This document shows, piece by piece, positions 51,075-63,111 of a DNA stretch of 64,000 nt (positions are counted from its first letter, which is position 1; each line of letters starts with the position of its first letter). Under the pieces are notes generated by a model. That model did no database searches, was not told the origin of the DNA, and worked only from the letters and a program-made list of their open reading frames with translations. Source of the DNA: Actinomycetota bacterium (GTDB lineage: Bacteria > Actinomycetota > Actinomycetes > JAKEEW01). The position numbers were made by a program, and so were the translations under genes. The DNA lies in assembly GCA_046725875.1 (NCBI GenBank), contig JBKOZJ010000008.1:1-64000 (forward strand). Reading direction: 5' to 3'.

Positions 51075-52028
51075 TTACGTAGCAGCGAGCGCGCGGGCCA
51101 TGCCGTCGAGGATGTCGTGTTCGCTGACGTCAACACGATCCACACCGACCCGGTCCACCACTTCGGCGAGGATCAGGGCGCCGGCGCCGATGACATCAAC
51201 CCGGCCGGAGTGCATGACGGGCAACCTGGCTCGTTCCTCGTGCATCATTCGGAGCAGGTCGTCGCTGACCTTGCGTACGTCCTTCGCGCTTATCACGGAG
51301 TGGTGGATCCGGGCGGGGTCGTACTGCTCTAGTCCGAGCGCGATGCCCGCAACGGTGGTCACCGAGCCAGCGAGCCCGACAAGCGTCCTGGCCTGTCCGA
51401 GCGGCACGGTCTCGGCCGCGACATCGATTGCCGTTGCGATGTCTGCCTTGGCAGCTGCAAGCTGCGCCTCTGTAGGCGGATCTGAGCGCAGGTGACGCTC
51501 GGTCAGGCGTACGCACCCAATGTCCACTGAGCGAGCGGCGCGTGCGGTCGTGTCGCCCAACACGAACTCGGTCGAGCCGCCGCCTATATCCAGGACGAGG
51601 TACGGGGGATGCATCCTATTCACGTCGGTCGAGCGGCTGTGATGACGGGTGCGCAGCAAGGATGCAGTCGCACCGGCGAAGGACAGCTGTGCCTCCTCGA
51701 AGCCGGTGATCACCTCGGGATCGACACCGAGGATCGACTTGATGCCGGCAACAAAGGTGGCACGGTTCTGAGCATCCCGGGTTGCGCTCGTCGCAACGAA
51801 ACGCAGCCGTTGAACCCCGTACTCCTTGATCTCCCGCGCGTAGCGGCGGCACGCCGCAAAGGTCCGCTCGAGCGCCGCCGGATGCAGGCGCCCGGTTTCG
51901 TCGACGCCTTGGCCGAGGCGGACGATCTCGAGGCGGCGATCGACCTCGGTGAGTTCGTCGTGGGCGACATCGGCGACCAGCAGGCGGATCGAGTTCGTGC
52001 CGCAGTCGATCGCTGCCACTCGCGTCAT
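51075..52028 (-). CDS. ppx: Ppx/GppA exopolyphosphatase
   Basis: AAIDCGTNSIRL, RLGQG, ATSATRDA.N, G.EEA, DIGGGSTE, GRVDVI. Confidence 0.93.
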   Translation of the reverse strand: MTRVAAIDCGTNSIRLLVADVAHDELTEVDRRLEIVRLGQGVDETGRLHPAALERTFAACRRYAREIKEYGVQRLRFVATSATRDAQNRATFVAGIKSILGVDPEVITGFEEAQLSFAGATASLLRTRHHSRSTDVNRMHPPYLVLDIGGGSTEFVLGDTTARAARSVDIGCVRLTERHLRSDPPTEAQLAAAKADIATAIDVAAETVPLGQARTLVGLAGSVTTVAGIALGLEQYDPARIHHSVISAKDVRKVSDDLLRMMHEERARLPVMHSGRVDVIGAGALILAEVVDRVGVDRVDVSEHDILDGMARALAAT

Positions 52029-52612
52029 CGGGCCTCCCCGCCGCGTGCTGGCGCGGGACCGGAGTTCTCCTGTCCCACAGCCGGCTCGGCCTGCTCCTGG
52101 TCCGGTGCATTGACGCACGGACCGTCCAGCCACCATTCGGGGAGCATCGCCAAGGTCTCGTCACCGAGGGGGTTGACGCCCGGTCCAGCCGCCAGGGCAT
52201 GCGCCGCGAGAGCATGAAGACACTTCACCCGACCGGGCATCCCGCCGGCCGAGATTTCAGCGATCTCGCCGACGAACTCGATGGCTTCCCGACGGGCAAG
52301 GTAGTCCAGGTGCGCCTCGCGGTAGTCGGACGCGAGCGAAGCGTCGGCGGCCAACCGGTCGGCCATCTCGCGCATCACACCGCTTGCTTCCAACCGGCCG
52401 ACCGCGGCACAGGCGCGCGGACAGGCCAGGTAGTAGAGGGTGGGGAAGGGGGTGCCGTCGGTCAGGCGCGGACTGGTCTCGACAACGTCAGGCAGACCGC
52501 ACGGACATCTATGGGCGACGGCACGGATCGCCCGCGGCGGCCGGCCGAGCTGCGCCTCGACCGTCGCACGGTCGCGCTCGTCCAGCCGCCGAGACTTCCG
52601 CACGCGCGTCAT
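52025..52612 (-). CDS. DUF501 domain protein
   Basis: QLGRPPR, RCPCG.P, GTPFPTLYYL, GGMP.RVKCLHA; start 52612 or 52675. Confidence 0.92.
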   Translation of the reverse strand: MTRVRKSRRLDERDRATVEAQLGRPPRAIRAVAHRCPCGLPDVVETSPRLTDGTPFPTLYYLACPRACAAVGRLEASGVMREMADRLAADASLASDYREAHLDYLARREAIEFVGEIAEISAGGMPGRVKCLHALAAHALAAGPGVNPLGDETLAMLPEWWLDGPCVNAPDQEQAEPAVGQENSGPAPARGGEAR

Positions 52613-52944
52613 CGAAACAGCACGCAGCGGGTCGGCGGACGCGACCTCCTCGGGTCGAATGGGCTGACCGCTCATGTTCGTCTGGGCGACCGGGTCCTGG
52701 TGCTGCCCGCCTATACCTCCGTCATCCGGCACGTGCTCCAGTCTCTACTGCCTACGGTGCGGTGTCGCTGCTCGGCACCTCGGGCTGCACTCTCATCGCT
52801 CGGCGGCCGCGGCCTCGGCATCGTGGCGACGCTGGCATCTGACTGGCAGCGGCATTGCTGACCCGCAAGACAGCCTCACGCTCCGGTCCGCCGAGGAATG
52901 GCGCATGTTAAGCCTCGCCCGGTCACCATCGGGACCGCGCACCG

Positions 52945-53553
52945 TCAACGACCGCTCGCCGCCCCAGTGGCTGCGCTGTTGGCGTCGGCGATGGACTGGC
53001 CGAGGCGGCTGTACCAAGGAACGCTCGAACCGGCAGCCTGCCGTTTGTCGCCGCCCTTCGATGCTGGTTTCGCGGCGCCTTCGTCGACCGTGATGTAACA
53101 CGTCTCGTCGGGCATGCAGAAGTGCAGGCGCTCCCGAGCCTGTGCCCTTATATAGGCCGGGTCGTCCCACCTGGCCCGCTCGGCTTGAAGCTCGGCAACC
53201 CCGCGTTGCTGCGCCTCGATCTGCTCGCTCAGCCTGTTGATCTCGGCTCGCTGGACAAGGTATTGCCGCAGCGGATAAGCGATCGAGAGGCCCAGTACTG
53301 TGAGGACCACCGCAAGAATCGCCGCCCGGCCGGTAAGGGCCGTGCGCCGTGCCGCCCGCCGCCGAGCCTGCATCTCGGGCAGGGCTTCGGCGCCCCGCGG
53401 GGCCCGCGACCGGACGGACAGCGTGGGCCGCTTAGCCGGCCGGACCGGCGGCTTCGGAGCCGGTCGGGGACGGCCCGTGCTGCGAGGCGCCGACCGACGC
53501 AGCCGGATGGCGCGAGAGCGAGGACGCTCTCCGCCTCGACCGCGCCGCACCAC
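52945..53553 (-). CDS. ftsB: Septum formation initiator FtsB/DivIC
   Basis: Arg-rich N-terminus, TM, coiled coil, DPAYI..QARERL...P.E, PWY; RBS AGGAGG. Confidence 0.88.
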   Translation of the reverse strand: MVRRGRGGERPRSRAIRLRRSAPRSTGRPRPAPKPPVRPAKRPTLSVRSRAPRGAEALPEMQARRRAARRTALTGRAAILAVVLTVLGLSIAYPLRQYLVQRAEINRLSEQIEAQQRGVAELQAERARWDDPAYIRAQARERLHFCMPDETCYITVDEGAAKPASKGGDKRQAAGSSVPWYSRLGQSIADANSAATGAASGR

Positions 53554-53626
53554 CGAACCGCCTCCTAAAGCCGTGTCAGAGCCGTGGGTTCCGAGCACCC
53601 AAGAAGCCAGAATGCCGGACTCAGCC

Positions 53627-53748
53627 CGCCAATCGGGTCAGCGCCACGACCTATCACGGCCCGACCTCGCGCTGCGATCAATAGTGGCGGCACGCCAATC
53701 GGGTCGGTGCCACGACATATCACGGCCCGACCTCGCGCTGCGATCAAT
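53627..53748. repeat. Two 56-bp direct repeats, 66-bp period
   Basis: 53627-53682 and 53693-53748 differ at 3 positions. Confidence 0.9.
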
Positions 53749-53894
53749 GTCGTGCACGAATTCGGGACCGTTGGCCCGCAAACCGATTGACCTGCACGGC
53801 CCGGCGGAACGGGCTTCTTGCACCGGACCGTCGGGAGCAAGCGGGCCGCCACATGGTGCTCCGGAAGCGGTCGAGGCCCGGTCGGCTGGTCCGG

Positions 53895-54047
53895 GATCAG
53901 GTGATGTGCGGAGACCGTGAGTTTCCGAGGAATCGTGATCGGGCAATGTGCTGAGACCTTGACGGATCGACCGATTCTGTCTGGGTTCCTGCACACTGTC
54001 CGATCTCTTCGGCGAGAAAACTCGGGGTTGCGGCACATCGGTTGATC
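53895..54047. repeat. Nested imperfect inverted repeat (REP/BIME-like)
   Basis: Two forward and two reverse copies of a unit starting GATC.....TGTGC form one long hairpin. Confidence 0.75.
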
Positions 54048-54354
54048 GTTTATCGGCTGCGCGAGAGTGCCGGCCGTTGCCAAGAGCAGCAGGAGGGAAT
54101 TTGCGCGGTCGCGAACCATGCGATCCACCGCCCCACACGGTAGAGCTGAGCGTCGGCGCCGTTGCCCGCGCGAGGACCACGGCGTTGGCGCCGGTGCCTG
54201 CCGTTTGGTGTGCCGACCGCGGCTGCGGTGCCGATGCCAGTACCCGGTCAGCTCCTCACGACGAGCCAGGTGGTCGAGCCGGCGGACGCCCGGGCCGCAC
54301 GGGCGGCACTCGGCGAGGACATCTCGTAGACCCGCCAAGTTGTGCTGGGTAGGG

Positions 54355-55683
<1,329 letters not shown>

Positions 55684-55765
55684 CTACCTGTACCTCATTC
55701 GTCGCAGGTGGCCTGGCTTCCGTCAATGGGAGCAGTTCGACGCGCAAAAGCGAGTTGCCTGACGG

Positions 55766-57460
55766 TTAGCTTCCAGCCTGAAGGCCGAGGAGACTGCGGA
55801 GGTGGCGTGGGGGTGGGGAGCCGTGTGAGAGCACTGTGTCGTGTAGCTGTCGGGTGGACAGGTCGGAGCGGGCGGCCCCTAGACCCCGCATAAGATCGCT
55901 AACTTCGGTATAGCCAACGTAATAGGTCGAGAGCTGGGCACTGGTGAGGAGCGCCCGCCGCCATTTGCCGACGGCCTCGCCCTCCTCCTGAAACCCGCGC
56001 TCCGTCATCAGCGCCATCGCTTCGGCCTGCGACATGCCGTCGGCGTGGACTCGGGCGTCGAGGATCGCATTGATGATCATTCGGAGCTGCATCTTGAGCT
56101 GTTGCATGCGTACCGCGTCGTCGGCGTAGCCACGGTCGGCCATCAGCTCCTCGGCGTACACCGCCCAACCCTCCACAAACGGCCCGCTGCCGAAGGCTGC
56201 CCGAACCCGGGTCGGGGCCTGGAAGCGGCGAGAGTGGGCGAGCTGCAGCACATGACCGGGCATCGCCTCATGAACGGTCAGATTATGGATCATGTGCGAG
56301 TTGTACTCGCGGAAGAACGACTCCACCCGCTCGGGCGGCCAGTCCGACGGGGTCGGTGAAATCGCGTAGAAGGTCGGCAGCAACGACGGTTCGAGTGGCC
56401 CCGGTGGGTCGCAGTAGGCCACTGCCACGCCGCGGTGGATCTCCGGCATCACGATGATCTCGACCGGGTCGTCGTAGACCGTTACAAGGTCCTGAGCCCG
56501 TACGAACTCGGTGGTCGCTGCCAGCGTCTCCCTGGCGAGTCCCACGATCGTGTCGTTGTCCGGACGCTCCTCGGCGAGCTGGTCCAGGACGTTACGTATC
56601 AGCTCTGGCGCGTTGGGACTGCCCCCGACGAGCCGGGCCGCCGCCACCTTGATCCGTTCCGAGATCGCCTCGAGGTCTGCCCTGGCTCGGGCCAGGATTA
56701 CCTCGGCGGGAGAGGCCGCGTCCAGCGCGTACGCAAGCTTGCGGGCGAACAAGTCCGGGCCGATCCGGGGATCCCGCTCCCGCGCCACGCCGGACTCGAC
56801 GGCGGCTAGCTGGTCGCGCAGCCAGCCGACATGCTCCTCGATTGCCTCGACCGCGGCTTCGCGGGCGGGCTCGACCTCCGACCGCATGGACTCGACGTTG
56901 CGCAGCGCGCGCTCGAGCTCCGTGGCGAGCAGCGTCCGGACGCCGGTGAACTGCCCGATGGCGGTCTCGAGATGTACGCGAGGCATGGGACCGAGGTTCG
57001 CGCGCGCGACCGACAGCGCCTCCGGAATGGCGGCCAGCCGCCCGGTGAGCGCGCGTAGCCGCTCGGGCAGCGGCGCATAGTTGCGAGCGAGGATCAGGTA
57101 GACGCCGTTGCCCGGGTTGGCCTGGAGCGGGTTCCACTCGTGGGCCCGTATCTCGTCGAGCAGGAAGAGTTGCTGCTCCAAAGCGGTCCCCAGGATCTGG
57201 GCGTCCACCGCGTTGTCCGGCGACAGTGTGCGGGCGTCGGCCGCGGCGAGCCTGGCCAGCGATGTCGACAGCCACCGACGCGTCTCATCCAACGACTCCG
57301 GCCGCATGTCGTCGAGCCGGTCGTCATAGCGGTGCTCGCCGAGCTCGGAGGCTTCCACCGGATTCCGCTCGAGGAAGCCGTCGAGGATGGATCCGGCAAG
57401 TGCCTGGAAAGGCTCGTCCGCCGCGGCTTCGGTTGGAATTGGCTCGTCTGCGGCCGTCAC
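55766..57460 (-). CDS. DUF885 domain protein
   Basis: HEAMPGH.LQ, FVEGWAVYAE, Q...Y..G. Confidence 0.9.
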   Translation of the reverse strand: MTAADEPIPTEAAADEPFQALAGSILDGFLERNPVEASELGEHRYDDRLDDMRPESLDETRRWLSTSLARLAAADARTLSPDNAVDAQILGTALEQQLFLLDEIRAHEWNPLQANPGNGVYLILARNYAPLPERLRALTGRLAAIPEALSVARANLGPMPRVHLETAIGQFTGVRTLLATELERALRNVESMRSEVEPAREAAVEAIEEHVGWLRDQLAAVESGVARERDPRIGPDLFARKLAYALDAASPAEVILARARADLEAISERIKVAAARLVGGSPNAPELIRNVLDQLAEERPDNDTIVGLARETLAATTEFVRAQDLVTVYDDPVEIIVMPEIHRGVAVAYCDPPGPLEPSLLPTFYAISPTPSDWPPERVESFFREYNSHMIHNLTVHEAMPGHVLQLAHSRRFQAPTRVRAAFGSGPFVEGWAVYAEELMADRGYADDAVRMQQLKMQLRMIINAILDARVHADGMSQAEAMALMTERGFQEEGEAVGKWRRALLTSAQLSTYYVGYTEVSDLMRGLGAARSDLSTRQLHDTVLSHGSPPPRHLRSLLGLQAGS

Positions 57461-58614
57461 GGGCCCGACCGTACACCGCTGGCTTCGGCTGCTCGTACCC
57501 GATCGGTGAAACGCCGGGCGGCGTCGCGCAGGGCCTGCTCCGGCTCGATCCCATGCTCGTCGGCGAGAACCACCACGGCGAACAGCAGGTCACCGATGGT
57601 GGCGCCGGTTACCTGGCTCGGCCGCTCCACCGTCGCCGGCCAGGCGACGTCGACCCCGTTGCGCGCGGCGCGATGCAGCAACTTTGCCGAGAGGCTCAGC
57701 GCGGGCAGAGACAGCGGCACACCCTCGACCGCGGATGTGCGGCCCTTCTCCGCTGTCTTCCTGATCTCCCAGTCCGACTTGACGTGCTCGGCCGTCGCGG
57801 CCGGCGCATCGCCGAACACGTGCGGATGGCGGCGGACGAGCTTTTCCGCGATTTCCGCGGCGACGTCGTCGATCGACCACGGCTCGCCCGGGTCTTCCTC
57901 GGCGATCCGGCCGTGGAACACGACCTGGAGAAGCAGGTCGCCGAGCTCTTCGCGCAAGTGATCGCGGTCGCCCGTCTCGATCGCCTCGACGAGCTCGTAA
58001 GCCTCCTCGATGAGGTAGGTGACAAGCGAACGGTGCGTCTGCTCGGCGTCCCACGGGCAGCCGCCCGGCGACCGCAGCCGGTCCATGACCCGCACCAGGT
58101 CGAGCAGACGCGCCCCCGGCAGGTCATACGACCCTGGGAGCAGCTCGAGCTCGGGCACTTTGTCGCCGCGGGCGGCCGCGGCGGGTATGGCGTGGGCGAG
58201 GGCATGCGCGAGGTCCGGGCTGCCGTCCGGATCGGCGAGCCAGACGACGATGCCGCCGTCGGCCGCGGCGGCAAGCAGCTCACGTACCCAACCGTCGGCT
58301 GCGGCTGCCCGATCGCCGGCCGCCGGCGACCGGCCGGGCGGCGAGCCCGCAACTTCCGGCACGACCATCACCGCGATACCGGCGGCCTGCATCGCCGGCA
58401 GCTGCGGGTGCTGGGGATCTGCCGTCAACACGCGATCCGCGGCCCGAAGCACCTCCCAGGCATCATGGGTCAGAAGTCCCGGCGCCACCCGAGATGATGT
58501 AGCGAATAGCACGACCCGGCCGGTCGAGTTTGTGCCCGAGCCGGGTGGGCTCTGGCCGATCATAGAGGCGTTCGGGGGCGGCAGATTATCAGGGGTTGGC
58601 GGACCTGAGGACAT
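57457..58614 (-). CDS. mazG: MazG-family nucleoside triphosphate pyrophosphohydrolase with N-terminal extension
   Basis: LRSPGGCPWD..QTH, EEAYE, EELGDLLLQV.FH, RRHPHVF. Confidence 0.92.
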   Translation of the reverse strand: MSSGPPTPDNLPPPNASMIGQSPPGSGTNSTGRVVLFATSSRVAPGLLTHDAWEVLRAADRVLTADPQHPQLPAMQAAGIAVMVVPEVAGSPPGRSPAAGDRAAAADGWVRELLAAAADGGIVVWLADPDGSPDLAHALAHAIPAAAARGDKVPELELLPGSYDLPGARLLDLVRVMDRLRSPGGCPWDAEQTHRSLVTYLIEEAYELVEAIETGDRDHLREELGDLLLQVVFHGRIAEEDPGEPWSIDDVAAEIAEKLVRRHPHVFGDAPAATAEHVKSDWEIRKTAEKGRTSAVEGVPLSLPALSLSAKLLHRAARNGVDVAWPATVERPSQVTGATIGDLLFAVVVLADEHGIEPEQALRDAARRFTDRVRAAEASGVRSGP

Positions 58615-58649
58615 AGCCGACACGGTGTCATCCCGACCGGTTGCCGGGC

Positions 58650-59333
58650 CTACTGGCCGCTCTGGGTCGGTTGCTCGGCGGGCGGCGACTCGTTCCGTAC
58701 GAGTGGGTTCGTCGGCGGGTTGACTTGGCCCGACGCCGGGTCGAACGTGCCGTAGCGCGGGTTGATGGCAACGTCGACCTCGTGGGCCGTGTTGATCAAC
58801 ACCTCGTTGACCTGGTTCTGGCGCTGTTGGAGCTCGGCGTCGGTCTGGGCGCCAGGAACGAGTGCTTCGCCGATCTTCTGGCCGAGCAGGTCGTCCGCGA
58901 TGAAGGTATGCAGATCGTCCGGGGCGATGTTGGCGCCCGCAACCTGAGTGGCGAACTCCTTCGCACCGAACTGCTGCTCAAGCGCCGCGATTCGGGCATC
59001 GACCTCACTGGGCGTTACCGTCACGCCCTGCCCGACCGCAGCCCGTTCCAGGATCCGGTGGACGATGATCCGCTGGATCTGGATGCGGTTTTGTTCCGCG
59101 GGTGGAACCGCGTCCTGCCCGGTCTTGGCGCGCTCGGCGGCGATTGCCGCGACCTTGTCCTGCAGAGTCGCAATCGAGGTCCGCTGGTCGTCCACGATGA
59201 CTGCGGCTCCGGATTTCACGTCCGCATCCCCGCAAGCCGGGAGCACAAGGAATGCGACCGCGGCCACGGCCGCAATCGCCAATCGCGAGCGGAGCGCTCT
59301 GCCGGACACACCGGCACGGAGCGTGAACGTCAC
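58650..59333 (-). CDS. SurA N-terminal domain lipoprotein
   Basis: Signal peptide with LPAC lipobox, AA...GV.VT.SEVD, V.INPRYG.FD; sits between mfd and mazG. Confidence 0.8.
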   Translation of the reverse strand: MTFTLRAGVSGRALRSRLAIAAVAAVAFLVLPACGDADVKSGAAVIVDDQRTSIATLQDKVAAIAAERAKTGQDAVPPAEQNRIQIQRIIVHRILERAAVGQGVTVTPSEVDARIAALEQQFGAKEFATQVAGANIAPDDLHTFIADDLLGQKIGEALVPGAQTDAELQQRQNQVNEVLINTAHEVDVAINPRYGTFDPASGQVNPPTNPLVRNESPPAEQPTQSGQ

Positions 59334-59553
59334 CGGAACCTACCGATCTGGATCAATCCCCGAAGCGAGCCCTTGGTCGCGTTGGCCACCGATCGTACGA
59401 CTTCGCCGCCCACCGGTACGCATCGGTCCCGCCGGCATGATGCAGCTGGCCGGGTGTCCCTTCGCGCGACACCCGGCCAGCGGAGGTCGATCTACTGGTC
59501 ACGAATCGGACACGATCAGTTCCCCTGCCGAAAGCGCGGGGCTAGCAAGTCGG

Positions 59554-62500
59554 TCAGGCGCCCGGCAAGGTGAGGACGTCCGCTACGAGCCGAGTGGCCC
59601 AGGTGAGAAGCTCGCGGTCGCGCAGCGGTTGGGCACCGATCGGCGCTCCCCCGCGCGCCTCGCCGGAAGCCCTCGGCCGCGGCACGAGAACCGTGCGAAC
59701 GGCAGCCTTGACCACGCTCTTCGGGTAGAGCCGCTGCAGCCGCAGCTGCCCCGACTCCGGCAGCTCGACCGGCGCAAACCGGATGAAGTTGCCCTGCGCG
59801 GTCACCTCGCCCACCCCGGCAATCGCCGCAACGGCCCGGAACCGCGCCACCTCGAGCAGGTTCTCCACTGGCTCCGGCAGCTCGCCGTAACGATCCACCA
59901 GCTCTGCGCGGACCTCGTCCACGGTGGCGTCCGAGTCGATCGACGCGATTCGTTTGTACGCCTCCAGGCGCAGCCGCTCGCTCTCGATGTAGTCGTGCGG
60001 TATGTGCGCGTCCACCGGCAGCTCGACCTTCGTTTCCGGTCGCACGGCCTGGCCGTCACCCTTGAACTCCGCGACGGCCTCGCCGACCAGCCGCACATAA
60101 AGGTCGAAGCCCACGGACGCGATATGACCTGACTGCTCACCGCCAAGCAGGTTCCCGGCGCCGCGGATCTCCAAGTCCTTCATTGCCACGTACATCCCGG
60201 CGCCGAGCTCGGAGTGCTGCGCAATCGTCGCCAGCCGCTCGTGCGCGGTCTCGGTCAGCGGCCGCTCGGGCGGATAGAGGAAGTAGGCATACGCACGTTC
60301 CCGGGCCCGCCCGACGCGCCCGCGCAGCTGGTGGAGCTGGGACAGGCCCAACATGTCCGCGCGCTCCACGACCAGGGTGTTGGCGTTGGCGATGTCCAGG
60401 CCGCTCTCCACGATGGTCGTGCAGACCAAGACGTCGAACTCCTTCTCCCAGAAGCCGACGATCACTCGCTCGAGGACGTGCTCGTTGATCTGCCCATGCG
60501 CCACCTCGATACGCGCCTCGGGTACGAGGTCACGCAGCCGCGCGGCCGCCTTCTGGATGGTCTCGACCCGGTTGTGAATGTAGAAGACCTGGCCCTCGCG
60601 CAGCAGCTCGCGGCGGATCGCGGCGGCGATCTGCTTGTCGTCATACGGGCCGACGAAGGTCAGCACCGGGTGCCGCTCCTCGGGCGGGGTGGCGATCGTG
60701 GACATCTCGCGGATGCCGGTGACGGCCATCTCCAGGGTCCGCGGGATCGGCGTCGCCGACATCGACAACACGTCTACCGAGGCGCGCAGCGCCTTGAGAT
60801 GCTCCTTGTGCTCAACCCCGAACCGCTGCTCCTCGTCGACGATGACCAGCCCGAGGTCCTTGAAGGAAACCCCTGCTTGCAGCAGACGGTGGGTGCCTAT
60901 GACGATGTCGATCGACCCGTCGGCGAGGCCGTGAATGACCTCGTTGGCCTCCTTGTCGGTCTGAAAGCGGGACAGCGGCTTGACCACCACTGGGAAGTTT
61001 GCGTATCGCTCGGTGAACGTCGCGATGTGCTGCTGCACGAGCAGCGTGGTCGGTACGAGCACGGCCACCTGCTTGCCGTCCTGCACGGCCTTGAACGCCG
61101 CTCGGACCGCGATCTCGGTCTTGCCGTAGCCAACGTCGCCGGAGATCAGCCGGTCCATCGGGTAGGGCTCCCGCATGTCGGCCTTGACCTCGTCGATGGC
61201 GGCAAGCTGGTCCGGCGTCTCGACGTGCGCGAAGGCATCTTCGAGCTCCCGCTGCCATGGCGTGTCTGGACCAAAGGCGAAGCCGGGCGAGGCCGTGCGG
61301 GCCGCGTACAACCGGATCAGCTCGGCCGCGATCTCGCGCACCGCCTTGCGGGCGCGACCCTTTGCCTTCTGCCAGTCCGCGCCACCGAGCCGGTGGATCG
61401 TCGGCTGCTCGCCGCCGACATACTTCGTGACGAGCTCGAGCTGGTCGCTCGGGACATAGAGCCGGTCGCCGGGTTGCCCGCGCTTGCTGGGCGCATACTC
61501 AATCACCAGGTATTCACGCGTCGCGCCCTGGACGGTGCGCTCCACCATCTCGACATACCGCCCTACCCCGTGGTGCTCGTGGACGACATAGTCACCGGGC
61601 CGCAACTGCAACGGGTCGACCATCTTTCGCCGGCGCGACGGCAGCCCGCGCATGTCCCTGGTCGCGGACCGCTGGCCGGCGATGTCCTCCTCGGTGAGCA
61701 CGGCCAGGCGAGGGCCGGGCGCGACGAACCCATGGTCGACGGTGCCGGTGGTGATGTGTACGACATCTGGGTCGGGTGCGGTGGCTAGATCAACATCGAC
61801 GCGAGCCGGGATGTCCTGGTCCTTCAAGACCTCGGCTAGGCGTTCGGCCGGGCCGTGGCCCTCGGTGACCATGACGACCCGCCAGCCCTCGCCCAGCCAG
61901 CCCTTTACGTCGCCGAGCGCCTTCGCGGTATCGCCGCGATAGGCGGCTACGACCCGGGCCGCCGTCAGCGTGGTCTCCTCCCCGGCGTCTCCGTCGGGCC
62001 CGTCCGCTGTGAAGGGGGTCAGCGACCACCAGGGCAGCCCGAGCTCGGCGGCGTGCTCGCGGACCTCGGCAACGCCGCGCAGCGTCGCCGCGCCGAGGTC
62101 GATCGGCGCCTGCCCGCCCGCCGCCGCGTTCGTCCAGGAAGCATCGAGAAACTCTCGGGAGGTTCGGACGAGGTCGCCGGCTCGGGTGCGCACCCGTTCC
62201 GGATCGCATACGACGACATGAGTTCCGGCGGGGAGCTGATCGAGGAGGAGCACCATGTGATCGACCAGAACGGGGCTCAGCGCCTCCATGCCCTCGACCG
62301 CGATCCCTTCGGCGATCTTCCCGAGAATCTCGTCGAGCTCAGGATGCTGGTCGCGCAGCTTCGCGGCCCGGTCGCGGACCTGCTGGGTGAGGAGCAGCTC
62401 ACGGCACGGCGGCGCCCACAGGCCGTGCTCTGCGATCTCCAGGCTTCGCTGGTCGGCCACTTTGAAGTAGCGGATCTCTTCGACCTCGTCGCCCCAGAAC

Positions 62501-63111
62501 TCCACCCGCAGTGGGTGCTCCTCGGTCGGTGGGAAAACGTCGACGATGCCGCCGCGCACTGCGAACTCGCCGCGCTTCTCGACCAGATCCACCCTTGTGT
62601 ATGCGGCGTTGGCGAGGCCCGCCACGAGGTCGTCGAGACCGATCTCCTGACCGGCTTGCGCGCTCACTGGCTGCAGGTCGCCGAGGCCCGCGACCATCGG
62701 CTGGATGACGGCACGAATCGGCGCGACCACAACGCTGACCGAACCGGCGGCCGGGTCGGAGCTGCTCGGGTGCGCGAGCCGCCGCAGAACTGCAAGTCGG
62801 CGGCCCACTGTGTCAGACCGCGGGGAGAGCCGCTCGTGGGGCAGCGTCTCCCAGGCGGGGAAGTAGGCGACCTCCTCGTGCGGAAGCACCATGCTTAGTG
62901 CCGCAACCAAGTCCTCCGCCTCCCGACTGGTCGCGGTCACGGCGAGCACTGGCCGCTCGGCGTCGGTGACTAGAGTCCCGATCAGGAATGGCCGGTAGCC
63001 GGCCGGCGCGGTCAGGTCGAGCTCGGTCCTGGTCCCGCCGCGGGCAAGCTCGACTGCCTGCGCCACCGCCGGATCGGCGGAGACAAACTCAATGAGGCCG
63101 GACAGGGTCAT
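59554..63111 (-). CDS. mfd: Transcription-repair coupling factor
   Basis: ETLPHE, RGGIVD, VVHEHHGVGRY, GDVGYGKTE, DEEQRFGV, SATPIPRTL, QLRGRVGR, DLEIRGAG. Confidence 0.98.
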   Translation of the reverse strand: MTLSGLIEFVSADPAVAQAVELARGGTRTELDLTAPAGYRPFLIGTLVTDAERPVLAVTATSREAEDLVAALSMVLPHEEVAYFPAWETLPHERLSPRSDTVGRRLAVLRRLAHPSSSDPAAGSVSVVVAPIRAVIQPMVAGLGDLQPVSAQAGQEIGLDDLVAGLANAAYTRVDLVEKRGEFAVRGGIVDVFPPTEEHPLRVEFWGDEVEEIRYFKVADQRSLEIAEHGLWAPPCRELLLTQQVRDRAAKLRDQHPELDEILGKIAEGIAVEGMEALSPVLVDHMVLLLDQLPAGTHVVVCDPERVRTRAGDLVRTSREFLDASWTNAAAGGQAPIDLGAATLRGVAEVREHAAELGLPWWSLTPFTADGPDGDAGEETTLTAARVVAAYRGDTAKALGDVKGWLGEGWRVVMVTEGHGPAERLAEVLKDQDIPARVDVDLATAPDPDVVHITTGTVDHGFVAPGPRLAVLTEEDIAGQRSATRDMRGLPSRRRKMVDPLQLRPGDYVVHEHHGVGRYVEMVERTVQGATREYLVIEYAPSKRGQPGDRLYVPSDQLELVTKYVGGEQPTIHRLGGADWQKAKGRARKAVREIAAELIRLYAARTASPGFAFGPDTPWQRELEDAFAHVETPDQLAAIDEVKADMREPYPMDRLISGDVGYGKTEIAVRAAFKAVQDGKQVAVLVPTTLLVQQHIATFTERYANFPVVVKPLSRFQTDKEANEVIHGLADGSIDIVIGTHRLLQAGVSFKDLGLVIVDEEQRFGVEHKEHLKALRASVDVLSMSATPIPRTLEMAVTGIREMSTIATPPEERHPVLTFVGPYDDKQIAAAIRRELLREGQVFYIHNRVETIQKAAARLRDLVPEARIEVAHGQINEHVLERVIVGFWEKEFDVLVCTTIVESGLDIANANTLVVERADMLGLSQLHQLRGRVGRARERAYAYFLYPPERPLTETAHERLATIAQHSELGAGMYVAMKDLEIRGAGNLLGGEQSGHIASVGFDLYVRLVGEAVAEFKGDGQAVRPETKVELPVDAHIPHDYIESERLRLEAYKRIASIDSDATVDEVRAELVDRYGELPEPVENLLEVARFRAVAAIAGVGEVTAQGNFIRFAPVELPESGQLRLQRLYPKSVVKAAVRTVLVPRPRASGEARGGAPIGAQPLRDRELLTWATRLVADVLTLPGA

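Noticed and set aside
53627..53748. Mini CRISPR array
   Set aside because: Only two 56-bp repeats with a 10-bp spacer, and no cas genes
60214..62898. Long + strand ORFs opposite mfd (and similar shadows opposite eno, metB and the YyaL gene)
   Set aside because: Antisense frames stay open because of high GC3 codon bias
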